DNA from: Candidatus Omnitrophota bacterium
GTDB taxonomy: Bacteria; Omnitrophota; Gorgyraeia; Gygaellales; Profunditerraquicolaceae
DNA length: 42,016 nt
Reading direction: 5' to 3'
Assembly (NCBI GenBank): GCA_016867005.1
Contig: VGKM01000002.1
Coordinates: 1 to 42,016 of the forward strand
Shown piece after piece: positions 1 through 7,868 of the stretch. Within the stretch, counting starts at the first letter, position 1. Each line of letters starts with the position of its first letter. Below the pieces are notes generated by a model that did no database searches, was not told the origin of the DNA, and saw only the letters and a list, made by a program, of their open reading frames with translations. The position numbers and the translations under genes are program-made.

Positions 1-22
1 CATTTTGCTTGCCGCAAAAATT

Positions 23-98
23 TGGTGGACCTGAGCGGATTCGAACCGCTGACCCTCTCGTTGCGAACGAGATGCTCTCCCAGCTGAGCCACAGGCCC
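23..98 (-). tRNA. tRNA-Ala, anticodon CGC, with genomically encoded 3' CCA
   Basis: The reverse complement folds as a 76-nt cloverleaf. Acceptor stem GGGCCTG/CAGGTCC carries the G3:U70 alanine identity pair. D arm GCTC/GAGC. Anticodon stem TCTCG/CGAGA with loop TTCGCAA (anticodon CGC). T arm AGCGG-TTCGAAT-CCGCT, then ACCA. Confidence 0.93.
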
Positions 99-120
99 AA
101 AACAATTAAAAAGTTGATAT

Positions 121-129
121 ATTATAACA
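121..129 (-). promoter_or_regulatory. Candidate extended -10 promoter (TGtTATAAT) for the tRNA-Ala gene
   Basis: The minus strand reads aaTGtTATAATatatc, 22 nt upstream of tRNA position 1. No good -35 element is present, which is consistent with the TGn-extended -10 class. Confidence 0.35.
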
Positions 130-167
130 TTAATTCTCGGAAGGATAAACAAAAACTAGAGGTATTG

Positions 168-758
168 TTATTTAAAAGCAGTAGTATAAGTAAGAAAGCG
201 GCTTTTCAGGGTGACTTCCGGATTATCCGTGCTTACCGCAGAAGCAGGGTTATAGCGGGCGACTAAAGCAACTTCCAGCTTTGACGCGCTATCGGTAATA
301 AAAATATTAAAACCCTGAGTAGGATGAGTTGGGATGGCTCCGAAACGGACCCCTGAAACTATCCTATTAGATAAAACCTCGCCTGCCGGACAGGCCGGAG
401 AACCTGCCCCTACCGGAGTACAGCTAAAATTAAGCGTATTGCCGGCCAGCCTGTAATTAAAAAATAAATCATCGGTAAAAATTCCTGGAGTCGCTATGGC
501 ATTCGTATCTATGCGGACACGAAAACCGTCAGCAAGGGCCTGCATGGGCGGATTATTCACATCCCCTACCGCGCTCTGGACCCTCTTAGCGATATGCGAA
601 AGCAGAAAAGAAACTTCATTCTGGACTTTTGCGCGCCTGTCGGCATTAATAGTATGAAAACGGCCGAAGTTTTCTATGCTGGCGAAAGTCAGCACTACAA
701 CGCCTAATAAAACCATTGCTATTAGTAGTTCAAGGAGGGTGACACTTTTTTTTGACAT
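168..758 (-). CDS. Prepilin-type minor (pseudo)pilin, 196 aa
   Basis: N-terminus MSKKS|VTLLELLIAMVLLGVVVL is a short basic leader followed by a hydrophobic helix with Glu at +5. Two Cys lie in the C-terminal half. It is the last gene of the pilin block. Confidence 0.75.
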   Translation of the reverse strand: MSKKSVTLLELLIAMVLLGVVVLTFASIENFGRFHTINADRRAKVQNEVSFLLSHIAKRVQSAVGDVNNPPMQALADGFRVRIDTNAIATPGIFTDDLFFNYRLAGNTLNFSCTPVGAGSPACPAGEVLSNRIVSGVRFGAIPTHPTQGFNIFITDSASKLEVALVARYNPASAVSTDNPEVTLKSRFLTYTTAFK

Positions 759-761
759 GGA

Positions 762-1199
762 TTATTGCGGCTCGTTCCAGGTGATAGTAGTTATTATTTT
801 CCGGATATTGGCCGTACTTGGATGGTTCATCACTTCGTATTTTGCGCTATACTCTACCCCGCCCATTATCCTGTCAGCCAACGGAGGGCAAAAAGGCTGC
901 TGTATATGCCCGCCTACGCTATCGCAATATCGGGCAACAGCCTGTTGCGTCAGGGGATTATTGGGCCTGTTCCATCCGTTATCAGCCCCGTTAATAAGTT
1001 CATTCTGAGAAACATAATTTTGAAACGGGTTCATGAATAATTGCCCCAACTGACCGCCTACCATACGATACCGCGCATGAGAAATATACTTCTTCCCGGC
1101 AGCGAAAATCCCGCTTAAGCCGATCACGGTAATAGCGATAATAATACTGGCAATGACGATTTCTAATATTGTAAAAGCCCTGTTATTTTTCATCAGCAT
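762..1199 (-). CDS. Prepilin-type minor (pseudo)pilin, 145 aa
   Basis: N-terminus MLMKNNRA|FTILEIVIASIIIAI is a prepilin-type methylation segment with Glu+5. Two Cys are present. An alternative start exists at 1193. It is separated by 3 nt from the next pilin gene. Confidence 0.75.
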   Translation of the reverse strand: MLMKNNRAFTILEIVIASIIIAITVIGLSGIFAAGKKYISHARYRMVGGQLGQLFMNPFQNYVSQNELINGADNGWNRPNNPLTQQAVARYCDSVGGHIQQPFCPPLADRIMGGVEYSAKYEVMNHPSTANIRKIITTITWNEPQ

Positions 1200-1200
1200 A

Positions 1201-1246
1201 AAAAAAAAGGGGTCAGGCCCGACTAATAGGGCCTGGCCCCTGACCC
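1201..1246 (-). terminator. Rho-independent terminator after the second pilin gene
   Basis: The minus strand reads GGGTCAGGGGCCAGGCCC-tattagtc-GGGCCTGACCCC followed by T8. This is a GC-rich stem of 11-12 bp with one mismatch, or an alternative perfect 8-bp pairing GGGTCAGG/CCTGACCC. It begins 12 nt after the stop at 1258. Confidence 0.7.
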
Positions 1247-1257
1247 TTAACTAATTT

Positions 1258-1674
1258 TTACCAACTGCATCCGCCTGAATATGGATCATCAACAGCATCC
1301 GTAATACACCAGACATTTGCAGGAGTGCTTACCCGCCTTGCCTTGGCGGAAAAATTACCTGGCCCTGTGCTTTCTATTTTATATTGCCAGTACGGATTTG
1401 CCCCTGGTATCGCCAGCTTTAAATCGTTGTTTATCGTCCCGGTAGTTGATATGGGGCTGGCCGTAGTTGACGGATAATAAAAAGCATTTTCCATGCGGTA
1501 AATTTTCTCTGCTGCGCGTATAAGAGACAAATTTGACTTTGCTTCCCTTTCCAGTGTTTTCTCTTTGAAAGGGCCGAAATTAGGCAAAGCTAAGGCAGCC
1601 AAAACGCCAACAAGGATAATTACCACGATCATTTCAAGCAAAGTTACACTTTTCCTTCTTTGTTTTTTTGGCAT
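1258..1674 (-). CDS. Type IV pilin / GspG-like pseudopilin, 138 aa
   Basis: N-terminus MPKKQRRKS|VTLLEMIVVIILVGVLAALALPNF is a pilin N-terminal helix with Glu+5. The C-terminus has a Cys-x12-Cys pair typical of a pilin disulfide loop. Confidence 0.8.
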   Translation of the reverse strand: MPKKQRRKSVTLLEMIVVIILVGVLAALALPNFGPFKEKTLEREAKSNLSLIRAAEKIYRMENAFYYPSTTASPISTTGTINNDLKLAIPGANPYWQYKIESTGPGNFSAKARRVSTPANVWCITDAVDDPYSGGCSW

Positions 1675-1706
1675 TTTCTGGCTCGCTTTTCTTAAGTTTT
1701 ATAAAA

Positions 1707-2093
1707 CTAATAACCTGGGGTGCTGCCTGTCCAGCTGCCGTCCTGGCTTAATACTAGTACGTATGCAACTGTGCTAACAGGAGGTTTTCCGCCTGCTGTG
1801 CATCTTGTAGCAGTACAAGTTCCGGTTGCAGCACAAGCATAGGAAAAATAATGAGTAGCCTGGGCACATCCTACAGGAGCTTCTACTCCCATATTTGCAA
1901 TAGTAGCAGTATAAGCACCATACTCCAAACTATATGCTCTTTCAGCTGTCCTTAATGTGCCTAATAATGCCCTTGCTTCTCCTGCGCGGCCCTTTTCAAC
2001 CATCTTTGTATACTGCGTGAACCCTAATGTTGCCAGAACACCGATGATGATAATAACAATGATTAATTCCAAAAGCGTAAAACCCCTTCTCAT
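1707..2093 (-). CDS. Type IV major pilin-like protein, 128 aa
   Basis: Canonical MRRG|FTLLELIIVIIIIGVLATL motif (Gly-1, Phe+1, Glu+5). It has its own promoter and a strong SD (AAGGAGG). It is the first pilin gene and carries 4 Cys in an Ala/Thr/Gly-rich C-terminal half. Confidence 0.85.
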   Translation of the reverse strand: MRRGFTLLELIIVIIIIGVLATLGFTQYTKMVEKGRAGEARALLGTLRTAERAYSLEYGAYTATIANMGVEAPVGCAQATHYFSYACAATGTCTATRCTAGGKPPVSTVAYVLVLSQDGSWTGSTPGY

Positions 2094-2105
2094 TTACTCC
2101 TCCTT

Positions 2106-2188
2106 TACCCATGTAGGGTACACCAGCGCATTGCCCGATGGGCACACTCGGCAATCCTTTATGCCGAGGTGCATGATAGCGCCGGGTG
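2106..2188 (-). promoter_or_regulatory. Highly structured 5' leader of the major pilin gene (candidate cis-regulatory RNA)
   Basis: Helices in plus-strand coordinates: outer helix 2121-2129 with 2179-2188 (4+4 bp with a small internal loop). It encloses hairpin 2147-2168 (perfect 7 bp, CTCGGCA/TGCCGAG) and hairpin 2132-2144 (5 bp, TGCCC/GGGCA). Hairpin 2106-2120 (TACCC/GGGTA) abuts the SD at 2099-2105. Confidence 0.4.
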
Positions 2189-2219
2189 TCTTAGAAAAAT
2201 GTTTAATACCATTATTTTT

Positions 2220-2247
2220 ATTTTATAAACATTTAAGGATTTGTCAA
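2220..2247 (-). promoter_or_regulatory. Sigma70-type promoter for the pilin operon
   Basis: The minus strand has TTGACA (2247-2242), a 16-nt spacer and TAAAAT (2225-2220). It sits in the 180-bp gap after the pilC stop and predicts a leader of about 118 nt. Confidence 0.5.
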
Positions 2248-2273
2248 TACCTTTTATGCTATAACAACCCCGA

Positions 2274-3512
2274 TTACCCCGAAATCTTAGAGATCTGGAA
2301 TATCGGCAAAAACATCCCGATGATCATAATGCCGATTACAAAGCCCATGAATATAAGGATTATCGGTTCAAACATTGCAGAAAAACGCGTCAAGAAAACC
2401 TCAACGAATTCCTGGTAAAAAGCATTTATTTTTTTAAACATCTGGGGAAGCTCCCCTACTTCTTCGCCGATAGAAACCATCTGGACCACCATCGGTTCAA
2501 AAAAACCGCTTCTGTCAAGCGGCACGCTTAGATTTTTTCCTGACCTCACCTCCTCTTTGATCTGGCGGATGATATCAGCCATAATAAGGTTGCCGACGCT
2601 ATGCTCGGTAATCTCCAATGAATACAAGATCGGAACGCCGCTTTCTACAAGCGTTGACATTTCCGAAGAAAACCTTTCTATTACCAGTGCCCTGAAGAAA
2701 TCGCCGAAAACAGGCAGGCTGTATTGAAATTTCTCAAATCTTTTCCTGCCAGTTTTTGTCCTGATATACTGCCTGAAAAAATAAAAAATAGCGCCGCCGC
2801 CTATAAGCATAACAAGAAAACCCTTTTTGATAAAATTACTTACATCAATAAGTATTTTTGTAAGAAAGGGCATTTCGATCTTAAAGCCCTCAAACAACTC
2901 GGCAAACGTCGGGATGATCTTGATGGTCAGAAACAAAAGCGCCCCGAAACCCGCAAACATAAGTATCGCAGGATAAATAAGGGCTGAAACGATCTTGCGC
3001 TTAAACGCCTCATTCCTTTCAAGATACCCTGCCAGGCGGCTTAAAACCATAGCCAGGTTTCCGCTTGCTTCGCCGCTTTCCACCAGGTTCACCCATAGGT
3101 CAGAAAAAACAGTAGGATGTTTTGACATAGCTTCATGCAAACTTAAGCCCGCTTCCATATCTTTTTCCAGCCTGACCAATACATTATGCAGTTTAATACT
3201 TGTTACCTGCATAGAAATAATATCCAAACTCTTTAATATAGTGACACCTGCGCCCAATAACGTAGCAAGCTGCCTGCAGAAAAGGACCAGGTCTTCGCTG
3301 GAAAGGCCGTAGTGTTTCATTTTCAGTTTTGTGCCTGCGATTTTATCGGGAGAAATGCTCGCGGATTCTTTTTGTTCGGCAGCCATGATATTCACAATAA
3401 GCAGGCCTTTAGCCTGCAGGCGGCTGATAACTTCTTCCTGGTTAAAGCCCTCTTCTGCCCCGCTTACTTTTTGCCCCTTATTGTCCCGTGCAATATAAAA
3501 AAACCGTGACAT
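2274..3512 (-). CDS. pilC: Type IV pilus / T2SS inner-membrane platform protein (PilC/GspF family)
   Basis: 412 aa with two T2SSF-type repeats and three hydrophobic segments. The C-terminus has the typical EPIILIFMGFVIG...PIF ending. It lies immediately downstream of the ATPase gene. Confidence 0.92.
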   Translation of the reverse strand: MSRFFYIARDNKGQKVSGAEEGFNQEEVISRLQAKGLLIVNIMAAEQKESASISPDKIAGTKLKMKHYGLSSEDLVLFCRQLATLLGAGVTILKSLDIISMQVTSIKLHNVLVRLEKDMEAGLSLHEAMSKHPTVFSDLWVNLVESGEASGNLAMVLSRLAGYLERNEAFKRKIVSALIYPAILMFAGFGALLFLTIKIIPTFAELFEGFKIEMPFLTKILIDVSNFIKKGFLVMLIGGGAIFYFFRQYIRTKTGRKRFEKFQYSLPVFGDFFRALVIERFSSEMSTLVESGVPILYSLEITEHSVGNLIMADIIRQIKEEVRSGKNLSVPLDRSGFFEPMVVQMVSIGEEVGELPQMFKKINAFYQEFVEVFLTRFSAMFEPIILIFMGFVIGIMIIGMFLPIFQISKISG

Positions 3513-3514
3513 TA

Positions 3515-5233
3515 TTATTCTCCCAATGTGACTGAAAAAGCTTCTTCTAAAGAAGTGACTCCCATTTCCACTTTTTTAAGGGCTGATTCGTAAAGTGTCT
3601 GCATCCCGGCAGCCCTGGCAGCTTCCCGTATTTTTTGGAAAGAAGCACCTTGATTGATCAGGCCTTTTATTTCTTCATTAGTTGCCATGACCTCAGCGAT
3701 ACACAGCCTTCCTTTATATCCGATCTGCCCGCATTTAGGGCAGCCCTTGGGGCGATAAATCAGGTCGGTTTTTAAGTTTATATTTTTTAGCTGTTCGGCT
3801 GACGGTTCATAGGCCTCTTTACAGTCGGGGCATAATCTTCTGATCAGGCGCTGAGCAACGACTAATAAGAGAGAAGGTGCCAGAAGATACGGCTCAATGC
3901 CGATATCAATTAAACGGCTTACGGCCTGAGGCGCGTCATTTGTATGCAAGGTACTTAAAACTAAATGGCCTGTTAAGGCAGAACGAATACAGATCTGCGC
4001 GGTCTCAAGGTCTCTTACCTCGCCAACAAGCATCACATCCGGGTCCTGCCTTAAAAAAGAACGCAGTGCAGCGGCAAAAGTAAGCCCGATGTCGGGTTTA
4101 ACTTGTACCTGATTGATCCCCTCCAGTTTATATTCTACGGGGTCTTCGATAGTAATGATATTTTTTGTCGGGCTTTTTATTTCATTAAGCATTGCATATA
4201 AAGTCGTTGTCTTACCGCTTCCCGTTGGGCCGGTCAAAAACACCAAGCCATATGCGGCATTCATCGCCTTACGGAGAACTTCCAATTGCTTTGCATCAAA
4301 TCCCATCTGGTTCAGGTCAAGCACTACCGAACCCCTGTCCAGGATCCTCATGACTACTTTCTCGCCATAGATAGTGGGGATTGTAGAGATCCTTAAGTCA
4401 ACAATGCGATTTTCCAGCTTTACCGGAAATGCCCCATCTTGAGGAAGGCGTTTTTCGGCAATATCAAGTTTACTTAATATTTTTATACGGGAAATAATAG
4501 GCATGTGCAAATGTTTTGCCGGAGGAGGGATTTCAAAAAGCTTCCCGTCAATCCTGTATCTTAAGGAAATCTTGTCTTTAAACGGCTCTATATGGATATC
4601 GGATGCGCGCTCATCGATCGCCTGGCGGATGATTAGGTCTACGAGCTTGACCACAGGCGCTTCTTCAGCACGGGCGATCAGTTTATCCAGGCTCAATTCC
4701 TGGTCAGTTAACTCAACGGCTTCTGTTGCGCTTTCAAGGGAGCTGATATCATACGTATCTTTTACCGCCTTATCAAGCATGGCTGAGCGGCCATAAAATT
4801 CGTCAATTGCGCGGACTATATCTGAACGGGTGGCAACAACGGGATTAATATCGCAACCGGTTAATTTTCTTAAATTGTCGATTAATATAAGGTCCAGCGG
4901 ATCGACCATTGCTATGGTCATGGACTTGAAAGTCCGGGAAAGAGGCAGAACCAGGTTCTTTACTGCGAAATCATGCGGTATGAGCTGCTCAAGGCCCTGG
5001 CCCGAAGCCGGCTTGAGCATTCCGGTACCTAAAGAAAAATACGGGATGCCAAGCTGTTTTCCTAACACTGCCACCAGCTGGTCCTCTTTAACCACCCCAA
5101 GCTTGACCAGGACTTCGCCCAGCCTGCCGCCTTCCTGGCGCTGGACACTGATTGCTTTTTCCAATTGTGCGGGATTAAGCAGGCCTTCCTTAACAAGAAG
5201 CTCGCCTAACCGGAGATATTTCTCTTTCGGCAT
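3515..5233 (-). CDS. pilB: Type IV pilus assembly / T2SS ATPase (PilB/GspE family)
   Basis: 572 aa. It has an N-terminal GspE_N-like region, Walker A GPTGSGKTTT, Asp and His boxes, Walker B DPDVMLVGEVRD, and tetracysteine CPDC...CPKC. Confidence 0.93.
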   Translation of the reverse strand: MPKEKYLRLGELLVKEGLLNPAQLEKAISVQRQEGGRLGEVLVKLGVVKEDQLVAVLGKQLGIPYFSLGTGMLKPASGQGLEQLIPHDFAVKNLVLPLSRTFKSMTIAMVDPLDLILIDNLRKLTGCDINPVVATRSDIVRAIDEFYGRSAMLDKAVKDTYDISSLESATEAVELTDQELSLDKLIARAEEAPVVKLVDLIIRQAIDERASDIHIEPFKDKISLRYRIDGKLFEIPPPAKHLHMPIISRIKILSKLDIAEKRLPQDGAFPVKLENRIVDLRISTIPTIYGEKVVMRILDRGSVVLDLNQMGFDAKQLEVLRKAMNAAYGLVFLTGPTGSGKTTTLYAMLNEIKSPTKNIITIEDPVEYKLEGINQVQVKPDIGLTFAAALRSFLRQDPDVMLVGEVRDLETAQICIRSALTGHLVLSTLHTNDAPQAVSRLIDIGIEPYLLAPSLLLVVAQRLIRRLCPDCKEAYEPSAEQLKNINLKTDLIYRPKGCPKCGQIGYKGRLCIAEVMATNEEIKGLINQGASFQKIREAARAAGMQTLYESALKKVEMGVTSLEEAFSVTLGE

Positions 5234-5240
5234 TATTATT

Positions 5241-6854
5241 TTATTTTAAATCAAAATTGTTGAGGCTCTTGCTAATTACTGCCTCGCGGTCGAATGAACA
5301 AACGTTGGCCTGTTCTCTTTCCGGAAAACTGAGCGGCTTTGTATCTTTGGATAAACTCGCATATTTTTCTTTGACCGCGCTGTCTTTTATTATATGCGGA
5401 GTTATGAAAACTAACAACTCTCTTTGTTGATTTTTATCGTTATCTCCGCCTTTATGCCTGAATAAACTTCCAATAAACGGGATGTCCCCCAGGAAAGGCA
5501 ATTTTGTTTCCGTATTCAATACTTCGTCGCGGATAAGGCCGCCGATAACAACGGTCTCGCCATCTCTTATCCTGACCAATGTTTTTGTGCTGCGCTCTTC
5601 CGGGTCCCTGAACGACCCTAAATTGCTGGTGATACTGCTTGCTGTCGCCTGGGCTACTTTAGGATAAATAAACATGGTAACCTCTCCTGTTTCAACATTT
5701 ATCTGGGGAGTCACCCTTAAAAGCACGCCCGTCTCTGACCTCTCTGCTTCAGCAGTAATTTCGCCTGTTGCTCCGCCTGACCCGCTGCTTGATTGCGTAA
5801 CGCCGATGGCTTCATTCGTTGCTATCCTGATTTCAGCGGTTTCGTTATTCAGAGTAAGTAAACGCGGCCTTGCTAAAAATTTTGTATCTGTCTGCGTGCG
5901 TAAAAAATCAAAAACAAGCTCTAAGCTGCCGAAGGTTATGTCTCCGGGAGTAAACTTTTGAGTAGCGCCTAATACGCTTGTAAGCCCTCCAATGCCGTCT
6001 TGAGGAGCGCGGTTTCCCATAGGAAAAGTAGTCATCCTGGAAGCACCCTCAATACCAATAGACCATTCACTGGCGCCTGTCCAGTCAAACCCGATCTTAT
6101 CTACTGTATTTTTGCTTACATCCAACATTTCGACTTCAAGCATGACTTGCGGCACAGGGATATCCAACGCGGCAATAGTTTTGCTGATTACGGCCATTCT
6201 TCTCGGAGTATCGGTAACAATCAAGCTATTTGTCCGGAAATCTTCTATTACCGAGCCATATTCGGATATCAGTTTCTTGACTGCTTTGGTTATACCGCTT
6301 TCTTCTTCAATCGCCCACTTGCCGGAAGTACTGCTATCGCTGGAGCCGGAAGAAGAACTTGAAGAGGTGCTGGATGTCGAACTGCCTCCTCCGGAAGCAA
6401 ATCCTCCTGCGGTCTGTTCTGAAGCTTTAATATTGGCGGCCATTTCCTCTTTCAAAGAAGAAGAAGAAACAGTAGCATATTTTAAATAGAATATCTGGGT
6501 CAATGTCTCGATCTGCGGCCTGCCAAGGTCCTTGACTATAAAAATATTAGAATCCCTGCTAAGTTCATAAGCAAGGTTGTTGGCTTTAAAGATCTTGTCC
6601 ATTGCTTCCTTAATAAGCACTTTATCCAGGTACAGGGTGATCTTCCGCTCCTGGACGCCTTCAGAGGAAATAAAATTCAGCCCCGACTGGACAGAAAGGA
6701 TCTTTAGAATATCCTTAAGCGGCGCGTCCTGAAAATCCATCGAAATAGTCACTTCAGGATTTTCAAATGGCAGCTCCAGGTTTGCGTTCAGTTTAAAAGG
6801 GAACAACAAAGAAAAAATAGTTAAGAATGCGAATAATCTAAAGTTTCTTTTCAT
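5241..6854 (-). CDS. pilQ: Secretin (PilQ/GspD family)
   Basis: Signal peptide MKRNFRLFAFLTIFSLLF, then an N0-like segment (ISMDFQDAPLKDILKILSVQSGLNFI). The C-terminal secretin core reads VVIGGLIRD...TKLPFLGDIPFIGSLFRH. I chose the start at 6854 because AAGGAGG lies 5 nt upstream. The ORF track extends to 6878. Confidence 0.9.
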   Translation of the reverse strand: MKRNFRLFAFLTIFSLLFPFKLNANLELPFENPEVTISMDFQDAPLKDILKILSVQSGLNFISSEGVQERKITLYLDKVLIKEAMDKIFKANNLAYELSRDSNIFIVKDLGRPQIETLTQIFYLKYATVSSSSLKEEMAANIKASEQTAGGFASGGGSSTSSTSSSSSSGSSDSSTSGKWAIEEESGITKAVKKLISEYGSVIEDFRTNSLIVTDTPRRMAVISKTIAALDIPVPQVMLEVEMLDVSKNTVDKIGFDWTGASEWSIGIEGASRMTTFPMGNRAPQDGIGGLTSVLGATQKFTPGDITFGSLELVFDFLRTQTDTKFLARPRLLTLNNETAEIRIATNEAIGVTQSSSGSGGATGEITAEAERSETGVLLRVTPQINVETGEVTMFIYPKVAQATASSITSNLGSFRDPEERSTKTLVRIRDGETVVIGGLIRDEVLNTETKLPFLGDIPFIGSLFRHKGGDNDKNQQRELLVFITPHIIKDSAVKEKYASLSKDTKPLSFPEREQANVCSFDREAVISKSLNNFDLK

Positions 6855-7335
6855 TTTCTCCTCCTTTTGGAGTATCATTTTTTTCTTTCAAGTATGCCGA
6901 AGCCGGAGATGATATTTTAAATTGCCGGCCCTCATAAAATATATCGATGCCTGACTGGCTTATGTTTATGATCCTTGCTTTTTCTATCACATCGCCGATC
7001 TTTAAAACCTTATTGTTTATAATTGCCTGCGGCTGTTGGCCGCCCCAGACTACGCCCTGGATCTTTAAATCAGGCGGATTGACTACAACATCTATTTCAG
7101 GCCCGGCGTCCTGTACAGCCGCCTTAGTACGGAACGGGTCTTTTAAATTAGACGCGTTATACTCTGCTTTTGGCCGGGTGACCGTTATTTCGGGCGGCCG
7201 CGTATCCGCTTCTATTCTTTTTATTTCTTCATATTCTGACCTTAATGAAAACGCATTGCCGGCATAATAAAAGCTGGCCGCGGCAATAAAAAAGGACAAA
7301 AGTATTTTGGGTATGTTCTTCATAATTTTAATCAA
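6838..7335 (-). CDS. PilP / GspC-like small periplasmic assembly protein (hypothetical)
   Basis: 165 aa with an N-terminal TM or signal anchor. The C-terminal beta-rich segment LKIQGVVWGGQQPQAIINNKVLKIGDVIEKARIINISQSGIDIFYEG resembles the PilP/GspC HR-type fold pattern. It occupies the position between the PilO-like gene and the secretin gene. Confidence 0.5.
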   Translation of the reverse strand: MIKIMKNIPKILLSFFIAAASFYYAGNAFSLRSEYEEIKRIEADTRPPEITVTRPKAEYNASNLKDPFRTKAAVQDAGPEIDVVVNPPDLKIQGVVWGGQQPQAIINNKVLKIGDVIEKARIINISQSGIDIFYEGRQFKISSPASAYLKEKNDTPKGGENEKKL

Positions 7336-7850
7336 CTCATAAATAAAACAGTCGCTACGCGCATATCAACAGACAACTTTTCTGCACCGCCGGTTTTAAT
7401 TTGATTGATAACCAGGCTCTCAACAATAAATATGCCGGGGTCGCTTTCAATCCTTGCAATGAAATTACCTATATTATGGTAAGTATCGGCAGAGATCCTA
7501 AGATCATAAGTTTGCCTGACAAAATGATCCTTCTTTTCTTCCAAACCCGGTTTTATAGAAACGATATTGACAGAAGCTAGTTTGGCGATATCCCCCAAAA
7601 TATTAAAGACATTAGCGTTCTCTTTGCTATTGATGAATTTAGCATAGGCCTCCATCTCTTTATTTACTATTTCGATTTTCTTTAATTCTTCATTTTTCTT
7701 TGATTCCGTAGCCTTGTTCTCACTCAAAACGGCCAATTCCGCATTCTGGGAATTATAGATCTTAAAAGCAATGATCAGCGCCAAGATCAAGACTCCGAAG
7801 TTCAAGGCGATTTTGTTGTATCTTTTTAGGGCCTCTCCAACATTCATCAT
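7332..7850 (-). CDS. pilO: PilO / GspM-like bitopic assembly protein
   Basis: 172 aa with an N-terminal TM (IALNFGVLILALIIAF), a coiled-coil stretch and a C-terminal ferredoxin-like pattern (YDLRISADTYHNIGNFIARIES). It sits in the syntenic position after pilM/N. Confidence 0.65.
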   Translation of the reverse strand: MMNVGEALKRYNKIALNFGVLILALIIAFKIYNSQNAELAVLSENKATESKKNEELKKIEIVNKEMEAYAKFINSKENANVFNILGDIAKLASVNIVSIKPGLEEKKDHFVRQTYDLRISADTYHNIGNFIARIESDPGIFIVESLVINQIKTGGAEKLSVDMRVATVLFMS

Positions 7851-7868
7851 GACTGGTTTACCTCAGTT

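Noticed and set aside
9-266. 85-aa plus-strand ORF at the window start
   Set aside because: It runs antisense through the well-folded tRNA-Ala gene and its promoter and into the 3' end of a pilin gene. It has no SD and no recognisable motif, so I treat it as spurious.
2147-2168. Possible sigma54 promoter (GGCAT-N-TTGC) in the pilin leader, since many pilA genes are RpoN-dependent
   Set aside because: On the coding strand the sequence is cGGCAtaaaggaTTGCc. The GG-to-GC spacing is 11 nt rather than the strict 10 nt, and the -24 element is not TGGCAC. The same bases form a perfect 7-bp hairpin, which explains the sequence better.
2106-2188. Assignment of the pilin leader to a known riboswitch class (for example c-di-GMP-I or -II)
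   Set aside because: I could not find the conserved core sequences I remember for GEMM-type motifs. The structure is reported only as an unclassified candidate, and cmscan is needed.
6855-6878. N-terminal extensions given by the ORF track (secretin to 6878, dapF to 23788, argH GTG at 26400, argC at 32728)
   Set aside because: In each case a downstream ATG has a better-placed SD and gives a canonical N-terminus (signal peptide MKRNF..., MKRIKF..ASGNDF, MAKKLWGSRF, MVNVGIIG). The longer forms remain possible alternatives.
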